Source: an uncultured virus (IMG/VR IMGVR_UViG_3300034106_003629) (Duplodnaviria > Heunggongvirae > Uroviricota > Caudoviricetes). Taken from it: a DNA stretch of 64,000 nt. Both the position numbers and the translations under genes were made by a program. The stretch is from IMG/VR virus record IMGVR_UViG_3300034106_003629. One strand, 5' to 3'. The notes beneath the pieces were generated by a model. That model did no database searches and was not told the DNA's origin. It saw nothing but the letters and a program-made list of their open reading frames with translations. How positions within the stretch are numbered: position 1 is the stretch's first letter; every line of letters starts with the position of its first letter. Positions 19,773-27,878 of this stretch are shown here, piece by piece.

Positions 19773-20320
19773 TCATCAATATATCCAGTTTCTTTCAACA
19801 TTTCCACTGCCTCATCAAAAGACTTATAAAGAATTTGCAAACAAATTGCTTTACGATCAGGAAGACCTGCTTCCATTGGAAATACCGAGTGTGGTTTAGA
19901 TACATCAAGCAAATAAGCATCTCCAGGATGTGCCATAAACCTGACAGACTTTCTCAAATAACCCTCATGAAAGATTGCTCCGTCTGTTTGATTTGCGACT
20001 TTAGTTGTAGGTGTTTCTCCTGGAGGATAATAGAACTGTGTTACACATCTATCAGTCTTAATATAAAAGTTTACAATAGCCTCAATATTACTATCAGTAT
20101 GTGGAGGAATTTTATAATTCAGCTCCATTAATGACAGAGTACAATTATCTCTATAAGATTCTGGTATTACTTGAAGCAAATCAGTTTCATTCTCTGATTT
20201 AATATATGAATATTTAATACCAGCAAATCCATATGGAGTATCCATTCCATATTCTATTTTTCTACCAGTCTTATTATAGTTGTTTATAAAAAACTGCTTG
20301 TTTAATTTACGAAAAAACAT
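19769..20320 (-). CDS. Cupin/DSBH-fold oxygenase-like protein
   Basis: IPPHTDS...YLLDVSKPHSV. Confidence 0.6.
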   Translation of the reverse strand: MFFRKLNKQFFINNYNKTGRKIEYGMDTPYGFAGIKYSYIKSENETDLLQVIPESYRDNCTLSLMELNYKIPPHTDSNIEAIVNFYIKTDRCVTQFYYPPGETPTTKVANQTDGAIFHEGYLRKSVRFMAHPGDAYLLDVSKPHSVFPMEAGLPDRKAICLQILYKSFDEAVEMLKETGYIDE

Positions 20321-20782
20321 TTAAAAATCTCCTTTTGTTTGACCACAATCAAATACCCATATACCCCTTTTCACCCACATATCAACAACTCTTTTACGGT
20401 CTTCAAAAACACACAATATATTATACTTCTTTTCCAAAAAATCCACAAACTCACCCTTTACTACAGAATCATCTCTACGGTCATTCTGTTTTCTCATATA
20501 CAATTCATCATATTCAATTGCATTTTTATTTAACCACAATTCAGTTTCATCCTTATAATTATCCGTTCTTCCAGTAAGAATGACCATTTTTAATTTGGAA
20601 TATGTATTTTTCAAAGACTTAAAAACAACTCCAACAGGAACATTTATACTGTCTTGTAGAATACCAGCATTCCAAGCATCCCAATTTCTTGGGTGAGTTG
20701 CAATAAATTGCTGTCTATGTTTTACATTGCATAATGTGCCATCTAAATCAAAAATTACACAAGGATTACGAAGTTTATTCAT
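20321..20782 (-). CDS. HAD phosphatase, T4 Pnkp 3'-phosphatase-like domain (no kinase domain)
   Basis: IFDLDGTL, LTGR, LYMR...RRDDSVVK, FEDRKRVVDMW, GDF C-terminus. Confidence 0.85.
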   Translation of the reverse strand: MNKLRNPCVIFDLDGTLCNVKHRQQFIATHPRNWDAWNAGILQDSINVPVGVVFKSLKNTYSKLKMVILTGRTDNYKDETELWLNKNAIEYDELYMRKQNDRRDDSVVKGEFVDFLEKKYNILCVFEDRKRVVDMWVKRGIWVFDCGQTKGDF

Positions 20783-21251
20783 ATGAATATTCTCTCCACT
20801 CAGGAACATTACAATTAGCAAGATCAAACGCAACTTTATTCCAAGGTGCTCTTGGTTGACGAATCAATCTCATATTAGTATGTTCTAATAATTTATTTCC
20901 TTTTTTAGTATTACAAGAAGAACATGCAACCACTAAATTTTCCCAAGAGTCATCTCCACCTTTACTACGAGGGAGCACATGGTCTATGGTCAGTCTAGTA
21001 GTAGAACCGCAATATTGACAAGTATTACGATCTCTTTTATAAACCATTGCTCTAGATGGTTTACATTTTGCAGCATAATTAATTGGAACTTTAATATAAT
21101 TTAGTAATCGAATAACTCTTTCAGATATAACCTGAACTTTTTCTTTTAGAACTAAAATTACAGCTCGTCTCCAATTAGTAAAATTAATTGGTTCGTAACT
21201 AGAATTTAAAACTAAAATTGTTTGGTATGGTTTAATTTTTAAGTGTTCCAT
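20775..21251 (-). CDS. HNH endonuclease (McrA-like)
   Basis: LVLNSSYEP...RDRNTCQYCG...TIDHVLPRSKGG...WENLVVACSSCNTKKG. Confidence 0.92.
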   Translation of the reverse strand: MEHLKIKPYQTILVLNSSYEPINFTNWRRAVILVLKEKVQVISERVIRLLNYIKVPINYAAKCKPSRAMVYKRDRNTCQYCGSTTRLTIDHVLPRSKGGDDSWENLVVACSSCNTKKGNKLLEHTNMRLIRQPRAPWNKVAFDLANCNVPEWREYSYE

Positions 21252-21256
21252 AGAAG

Positions 21257-21997
21257 TTAACTTTTTTTCTGCAAGTATGCTTCCGATTTAATATAAAACA
21301 TGTGCCCACTATCAAACCTAACTACCACACCTTCGGCATCTTGTTGATTTTTAATTTCATCAATATATTGAGAAATTTCATAGTAGTTGACACACATTTT
21401 ATTTACCACAGGAATTTTTAAATTAACTGCAAGTTTGCGAAGGAACATATATTTGCAATACACTCCTGTTTTAATATTACGCAATCCAGTTAATACTAAG
21501 TTTTCTTCTGGATATTCTACCACAATTTTATCGTTTGGAGAACACCACTCAAAAATGGGCGTACAGTTTTTTGCTAAGCATATTTTTATAAACTCATTAT
21601 AATAAGTTTTATTTGCTATAAAAACTTCAGCATTGAATGATGTAGAATTAATTCCATTTTTTGTAGTTAGTCTGTATCCGTAAGGGGTCGGAACAGGATA
21701 TACCATTACACCATCTAATTTTTCCAAAAAAACATTAAGATTTTTAAGTTTTTTTATAATCTTATCGAAATTAGTTTCAAAACTTTGGTCTAACGTAAAT
21801 GCTTGATGGTATGGTCTAGCAATTATATTACCTTCAAGATTAAATGCAAGTCCTCTTATTTCTCTCAACAAAGGAGTTTCGCTACTACTACAATTTACTA
21901 TGCAAAACTCATCTTGATTGATGATGTTATGATCTTCTTTTTTTAGTTCTTTAAGTATTTGAGAAATATTGTAGATTACAGGAAAAGAATAATCCAT
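21257..21997 (-). CDS. RNA ligase 1 (T4 Rnl1-like) nucleotidyltransferase domain
   Basis: REIRGL, EKLDG (motif I), TPIFEW, AEGVVV (IV), YIKS (V). Confidence 0.85.
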   Translation of the reverse strand: MDYSFPVIYNISQILKELKKEDHNIINQDEFCIVNCSSSETPLLREIRGLAFNLEGNIIARPYHQAFTLDQSFETNFDKIIKKLKNLNVFLEKLDGVMVYPVPTPYGYRLTTKNGINSTSFNAEVFIANKTYYNEFIKICLAKNCTPIFEWCSPNDKIVVEYPEENLVLTGLRNIKTGVYCKYMFLRKLAVNLKIPVVNKMCVNYYEISQYIDEIKNQQDAEGVVVRFDSGHMFYIKSEAYLQKKS

Positions 21998-21999
21998 AC

Positions 22000-22458
22000 T
22001 CAGTCATAAACATTTTGCTCTTGTTGTATTCTATCTAAATGATGATAGATATTTTCTTTTGAATATTGAAATTCTGAAAATCTTCTAGGATTGTTTTTTT
22101 CCATTTTATGAAGCATATTAATCCAATCATATCTTTTGTCTACAACCCACCCGTAACGACGTTCGTCGTGCATCATGTCAAAGATAGAATGCATTGTTCA
22201 ATATAGTAGATATTATCAATTATATCATCGATACATTCGGTCTGACAAGTCCAAATCAAACAAAATTTCTTCAATCGTATTTTTGTTGCCGACAGTAGCA
22301 TTCATAATATCATTCTTTTGTTTATGTTTTCTAATTTCAGAAATTAAATTTGGATGATATTTTAACCAATCATATTCATCTTCTGTTAAGTCTGATATTC
22401 TTTTTTTATTAATTTTTTGAGTTATACTTGCGTATTTAATTCTATCTTCTGCGTTCAT
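22000..22458 (-). CDS. Two small hypothetical ORFs (22000-22194, 22225-22458)
   Basis: ORF track; no motif. Confidence 0.55.
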
Positions 22459-23095
22459 AGTAATCTACTTTTGAAGGATGCATAAAATCAACCACAATTA
22501 CACACCTATAGTATTCTTTTGCCACAATAGGTGGTGGCATAACTGGTTGATGATTAACATGAGAATGATGTATTAATAAAGAATTTTCATCTCCTGGAAT
22601 GATGATTTCTCTATCTTTATTCTCAATTAGAGTTCCATATATTCTAGAGGGATTTTTAAGATAATAAATCATACCAAGATCAAAATTATCATGACTATGA
22701 CTATTACCATAGTTTATATACAATTCATTCCCATAGTTCTCCTCTGTTGTCCCCCTCATCCGTTTTGCCCAATATGATTGGACTTTATACTCTTTTATTC
22801 TTGGGTCATTAGTGATTTCTGAATAAGTATAAAGATGTTTTTTAACTAATTTAAAAAAGTTTGTCCAACTTTTTTTATACCACAACTTACGTTGAGACAA
22901 TCTATTAGTTGCTTCAACAGATAAATCCCATTTATCTTCACAAACTTCTAATTCATTATCAATCTCTTCTAAGAGATTTTTCATATCATATTTACTTAGA
23001 AGATTATATGCCCTGTAGATTTCATTGCCACAAAAATCAAAGTGCTCTACATCTCTAGGATCTTCTGGATAGACTGGACCAATATCAAGTGTCAT
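22442..23095 (-). CDS. Putative 2OG-Fe(II) oxygenase
   Basis: HSH...IYYLK...LIHHSHVNHQ...RCVIVVDF DSBH pattern. Confidence 0.65.
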   Translation of the reverse strand: MTLDIGPVYPEDPRDVEHFDFCGNEIYRAYNLLSKYDMKNLLEEIDNELEVCEDKWDLSVEATNRLSQRKLWYKKSWTNFFKLVKKHLYTYSEITNDPRIKEYKVQSYWAKRMRGTTEENYGNELYINYGNSHSHDNFDLGMIYYLKNPSRIYGTLIENKDREIIIPGDENSLLIHHSHVNHQPVMPPPIVAKEYYRCVIVVDFMHPSKVDYYERRR

Positions 23096-23903
23096 ATAAC
23101 TTTTTCCAATAACTTACTGGTAAGAGTGGATTTTTAGGAATAAAATACTCTTCTTTGGCAGGACACATAGAGCAATAAGATTCTTCCTTACGAGTAAAAA
23201 AGTCTTTTAATTCTTCATCCGTACAGGTATGCTCTAATGGTGTATATTTAAGATATGGTTCCCACTTTTCAGATAGATTATATTTATTTGCTTGCATTGG
23301 AAGATATGCAAGAGCGGGACACTTCCAAAGTTTTCCTTCATGCAATTGAACACACAACTTTGATACACAATACTTCCAACTTAACTTTGGATTATCATCT
23401 TCAAATGGTTCCATTTTATCACCAAACCCTTTATATTGTCTAATCCAATGAATAATTGATGGACGCATTTCAACTGGCGCTCCTTTTGCAATCCATTCTC
23501 TCATTAGATTATAAACTGGTTCAAACTTCTGCCTATATTCTGGGTCACCATCAGAATGAACAGATACACCAAGAGTTGTTCTTGTTTTTTTTAATGCTTC
23601 CCAAAGATTTGGATGTTTATACAGATAAAATCCATTAGAAATTAAATCCAAATATGAATTTGACCACTTTTCTCTTGCCAAATATACAAATTCAGTCAAA
23701 TCTGGATGTAAAGCAGGCTCTCCACCCATCAATGTGAACCTTTGAGGTATGATTCTTTTACTCCAGTTTTCCATCCACTCTGATGCCTGTTCAAGAGATA
23801 CAGAACCAGAGTGACCTTGATTCATATAATGAGTGCATCCCTCACAAGTTAAATTGCAAGAGTGAGTAACGTGTAATTGTATCTCGTGAGGTACTTTTAA
23901 CAT
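23085..23903 (-). CDS. Radical SAM protein (paralogue of 18921-19772)
   Basis: CNLTCEGC, GGEPAL, LWKCPALAYLPMQ, ESYCSMCP. Confidence 0.9.
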   Translation of the reverse strand: MLKVPHEIQLHVTHSCNLTCEGCTHYMNQGHSGSVSLEQASEWMENWSKRIIPQRFTLMGGEPALHPDLTEFVYLAREKWSNSYLDLISNGFYLYKHPNLWEALKKTRTTLGVSVHSDGDPEYRQKFEPVYNLMREWIAKGAPVEMRPSIIHWIRQYKGFGDKMEPFEDDNPKLSWKYCVSKLCVQLHEGKLWKCPALAYLPMQANKYNLSEKWEPYLKYTPLEHTCTDEELKDFFTRKEESYCSMCPAKEEYFIPKNPLLPVSYWKKLYDT

Positions 23904-24087
23904 ATCAGTTAAATTCTTCTATTCTTTTTAGGTCCAAGTATGTAAGTATTTCTTTCCTCCATTCCATCAACTCATAATAACACTGTTGCTCATGGGCAAT
24001 TTCACGCAACTCATAATCTGGTTTTAAGACGCTCTCATAAAAAAGATTAAATGCATCGCGCCTTTTTTGATGTTTTTCCATAATTTC

Positions 24088-24573
24088 CTACTTGGTTCTT
24101 AACCCACCAACAAGAACTCTTTTAGATTCAGAGTATTCTGCAGAATGAGGTATGTGAGAAGAAAATAGTAACACTTTATTTTTTTCTGGAATAATCTTAT
24201 ATTGATTATCATCAATATAAATCATGGTTTCACCATCATTACAAGAATTTAAGTAAAGTATAAAACTATAATCTTCATTGTGGTTGTGCTTATGCACATT
24301 CATTTTACCACCATTTTGATAATCAATCATATGAATATAAAAATATTTTAATTTTAAATTTAAAATATCCTCACACAATAATTTAACTTTATCAATATAG
24401 TTATAAAAGATTTTTGAGTTAATATTATCCAAAAGATTTAACGTGTAAAAACAATTTCCACTTAAAGAACTTTGTTTTTTATCCTTAAAAGTCTCTGGAT
24501 AATTAGAAACAAAATTAAGTAGAAGATTGAAGTAATCACTTACCTCATCTTCTACAAAAAACTCTTTAAACAT
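24088..24573 (-). CDS. 2OG-Fe(II) oxygenase
   Basis: HKH...SFILYLN...GET...LLFSSHIPH...KRVLVG. Confidence 0.75.
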   Translation of the reverse strand: MFKEFFVEDEVSDYFNLLLNFVSNYPETFKDKKQSSLSGNCFYTLNLLDNINSKIFYNYIDKVKLLCEDILNLKLKYFYIHMIDYQNGGKMNVHKHNHNEDYSFILYLNSCNDGETMIYIDDNQYKIIPEKNKVLLFSSHIPHSAEYSESKRVLVGGLRTK

Positions 24574-25314
24574 CAACCATTCCAACAAATTCAATATCTT
24601 CAAATTGATCTGATGTAATTTCGTGAGGTCCAATACGATACCAATATTCACCTTCCTTCTCACCAAGATATTCAATATCATCACATTGATGCTCACGCAA
24701 CCATGCTTGAAGACGTTGATGCTTAAGTTCAGATTGTGAAATCTTCATCGGAATAAACCTCCTTGTATTTTTCAATAAGACGATCTCTCATGTCATGATA
24801 TGGAGTGAGATCCAAGTCATACTCATCACCAAAATTCCAATCTTCACCATATCTGATAGCGCAGATAGCTGCCTGAATCATTGTTTTCAGTCCTTCTCTG
24901 TCAACTGTAATTTTAACCAAAGCAGTTGGGTCTGAAGTTGGTTCCATTTTCATTTTTCAATTCTCCAATTAGGATCTGATACTTTATCTACCCAAAAATA
25001 ACAAGTTTTATTTAATGATTCGACATAATATCGGTCATTATCTTCATTTTTAACTCTACAAGAATGGAATTGTAGCATATCAAGAGTAAACTGAGTTTTT
25101 GCTTCCTTACTGATTGGAGTCAGACAAATAAATTTTGTTTTCATTTTACAAATACCGTTCCAGATTGAGGTTGTGTGCGATGTTTTTTAATAAAATTGTG
25201 AGCTGAGTTGACAGTTCTACAAACTTGCAGTTGCTCTCCATTATAGATGATCATAAGTTGATTTCCAAATGGAACTGCGGCATAACCGTCATTTGTAATA
25301 AATCCTTCTTTCAT
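24566..25314 (-). CDS. Run of four small hypothetical ORFs, including a third MRRVTV-family homologue (24950-25144)
   Basis: Overlapping ORFs; YFWV...W motif shared with 5467 and 8325. Confidence 0.55.
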
Positions 25315-26549
25315 CGTTTAATAGTAGCAATAGCAGGTTGACCTTCAACAAACACAGTATCTACAACGTTCTGAAGGCGTTTGACCGTTGCAATGCCCAC
25401 GTTGTTGTAAACGGGAACATGAACAAAACCAAAAGATTTGGTGTACTCCTGGAGATTACCAGGAGTAAGAGTGCCTTGTTGAATACGCTTTACATCATCA
25501 AGATGAAGACGAATCACACGACCAACAGATTGGCACATCTCAATAACATTCATTTGACGCATCATAATCAAAGAAGTAAGACCAGGAACAGAGATACCTT
25601 CACTCAGAATAGAATAGTGCAGAACAATAAACTTTTTGTCAGGATCTGCACCATACTCACGTACAAGATTAAAAAACTGCTCACGGGTAATTTTCTGGTC
25701 ATTAAGGAATGCACCATGCTTGCTGGTAATCCAAAGGAGATCGTATCCCATGGATTGAACTTCCTCCATAAAGGCAGTCTCAGCAAGCATACGGATCATC
25801 ACTTTGGTATTAGGAGCAGCGATTAGAACCTTCTCCATGTGCTCTTCATTGGATAGGGTATCCAGAAGGGTCATACAGTCCCTCTCTGCCGCTTCCTCGC
25901 CCTTCAAACGAATGCTACCGACATTGATGGCGTTAATCTTAGGAGGAAGAATGGAACCGTTACTAACAAGACGCGGAGCAGGAACATTGTAAATAATGCC
26001 ACCGTAGACACTAGCATCATTCATTCCAGGTTTTGAAGCAGTGGCAGAATACTTAGGAGTAGCAGTGAAGAAATAACTGCGGTTAGCAACAGAAGAGAAA
26101 TACTTGACGGAAGAGAAATAACTTTTTTTAACTGAATTGTGCGCTTCATCATAGTAAATCGTATCTACAGCAATGTTTGCTTCCTGAATGCGATGCAGAG
26201 ACTGATAAGTAGTAAAGATCAACTTATTACCTTTAGTGTGATAGCACCAGGAAAAGATTTGATTTGGTTTAGTCGTTGTAAAGTAAGGAAGATCGCCACC
26301 AGAATGAACATGCATAATGGATGCATTGGTGATGTGCTCAGTAAACTCAGCAGACAACTGACGAGCGAGCATCAACCTAGGAGCAACGACTACAATAGTT
26401 TTGTCACCAGTCATAAACTGACGAACAGCATCCATAATAGCAATCAGGGACTTACCACCGCCAGTGGGAACCACAATCATCCCCTTAAGGATGCGGTCCA
26501 TGATGTCAAGTGCTTCGGATTGATGAGGACGGAGTTGCATGGGTGTCAT
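25311..26549 (-). CDS. Superfamily 2 helicase/ATPase, type III restriction Res-subunit-like
   Basis: LRPHQ, VPTGGGKS (Walker A), DEAH, FTATP, LSEGISVP, QSVGRVIR. Confidence 0.88.
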   Translation of the reverse strand: MTPMQLRPHQSEALDIMDRILKGMIVVPTGGGKSLIAIMDAVRQFMTGDKTIVVVAPRLMLARQLSAEFTEHITNASIMHVHSGGDLPYFTTTKPNQIFSWCYHTKGNKLIFTTYQSLHRIQEANIAVDTIYYDEAHNSVKKSYFSSVKYFSSVANRSYFFTATPKYSATASKPGMNDASVYGGIIYNVPAPRLVSNGSILPPKINAINVGSIRLKGEEAAERDCMTLLDTLSNEEHMEKVLIAAPNTKVMIRMLAETAFMEEVQSMGYDLLWITSKHGAFLNDQKITREQFFNLVREYGADPDKKFIVLHYSILSEGISVPGLTSLIMMRQMNVIEMCQSVGRVIRLHLDDVKRIQQGTLTPGNLQEYTKSFGFVHVPVYNNVGIATVKRLQNVVDTVFVEGQPAIATIKR

Positions 26550-26561
26550 AACGATAGAAAT

Positions 26562-26619
26562 ATTATACAGCAAAAGTTACCAACCATCATCGGGAGAGTG
26601 GTCAGTTAAAAAATTGGTC
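26562..26619 (-). promoter_or_regulatory. Putative early promoter (copy 6) upstream of the helicase
   Basis: GACCAATTttttAACTGACCAC, 35 nt, then TATAAT preceded by TGCTG. Confidence 0.65.
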
Positions 26620-27021
26620 TAAGGTGGGATGACCTATTGTACCATCAAATCGGTAATGATATTCAAGTGCATCTGAACAAACATAATGTGGATGAGTTGT
26701 GGGAATTCCAAGTCTCTTACATAATTCACGATGATTATCCTCCATTAACTCAACAGCATACAACATATTGTTTATTACATGGTCCTCATCATGATATCTG
26801 CATAATTTATTTTTTAATTCTACTATAAAATTACCATTTCCAGCAGAATTATCAAGGAATTTTGAATCGGGATTTTTGAACAAACTTTGATCCATACACT
26901 CAATCAATTCATTAACCAAATCTGGTGGAGTAAAAACTTCTCCAGTCTCAGAAATTCTCTGGTCTGACCTTTCAACTTCAGACCCTAAAGACTCATTATG
27001 TTTATTTTTATTGGATGACAT
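26602..27021 (-). CDS. DNA methyltransferase fragment carrying the SAM-binding motifs (X/I)
   Basis: TGEVFTPPDLV...FLDNSAGNGNF...LYAVEL. Confidence 0.8.
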   Translation of the reverse strand: MSSNKNKHNESLGSEVERSDQRISETGEVFTPPDLVNELIECMDQSLFKNPDSKFLDNSAGNGNFIVELKNKLCRYHDEDHVINNMLYAVELMEDNHRELCKRLGIPTTHPHYVCSDALEYHYRFDGTIGHPTLDQFFN

Positions 27022-27856
27022 TTTTATCTCTCAAATACTCTATTTCTTCAGATGTAAAATCAAATTGTTGATGCACATCATTAAAATCCTTTATAAGAGG
27101 AACTTCTGCATTTTTAACTGCTGCAGCGAATCCAGCAGTAGTTTTATAGTTTTCAACAAACAACTTAATTAAAGGAATATCAAATATAGTTGATAATAAT
27201 TTACCTCCCTCTTCATCTTTGATAGGGCACCATGAGTTTAACATACCGATGTATCCATTTGTGATAAATCTGTCAGTATATGAACAAGAATATGGCACTA
27301 CAAATTTTAGTAAGTCTCCCGTAGTCGGAAGAACATTAGTTCTTTTTATATTTTTTCCTGAGGCGTAAACTTCGTACTTTCCATCATCACAGTACTCATC
27401 TTTTGGAATGTCCTGCCCAATCTTAAGAGGTATCCTTGGATGATTTGAATTTGCAATTTTATTAAAAATAGCATGTAATAATTTTTCTTCTCCAAACAAA
27501 GGGAGTCCATCTCTCAAATCCAAATAATGGATTCCAGTCTCATGTATAACTTTTGTAACTCCTTTATATGGTTCTTTTTTTAAAATCCATGAACAAATAG
27601 ACACACCTTCAGTAAAATACTTATCGGAAGTATAATCAATTTGAATTAGGTTATAAATTGTTTGACATTTTTGAAAGAACTTTTTGCCAAATCCAGTTGT
27701 TCCAATAAAAGATGATGGCGTAACCTTTGCCATGGTTGCGCCATTTTGAAGAAGATTGATGTCCAATTCAATAAACTTATACCAAAGTTTATTATTTTTT
27801 GCTTTATTATTATCTTGATATGGTGGGTTTGATAATATAGTAAAATTCATAACCAC
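27008..27856 (-). CDS. N6-adenine DNA methyltransferase fragment carrying catalytic NPPY and a probable TRD (Eco57I-like)
   Basis: ILSNPPYQ...LWYKFIE...VTPSSF; ends FDFTSEEIEY. Confidence 0.78.
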   Translation of the reverse strand: MVMNFTILSNPPYQDNNKAKNNKLWYKFIELDINLLQNGATMAKVTPSSFIGTTGFGKKFFQKCQTIYNLIQIDYTSDKYFTEGVSICSWILKKEPYKGVTKVIHETGIHYLDLRDGLPLFGEEKLLHAIFNKIANSNHPRIPLKIGQDIPKDEYCDDGKYEVYASGKNIKRTNVLPTTGDLLKFVVPYSCSYTDRFITNGYIGMLNSWCPIKDEEGGKLLSTIFDIPLIKLFVENYKTTAGFAAAVKNAEVPLIKDFNDVHQQFDFTSEEIEYLRDKNVIQ

Positions 27857-27878
27857 TTACAATCATAATCAGATATTA

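Noticed and set aside
20775..21251. HNH as an intron-encoded homing endonuclease
   Set aside because: The flanking genes are different, separately terminated proteins and no group I intron core was recognisable; it appears free-standing
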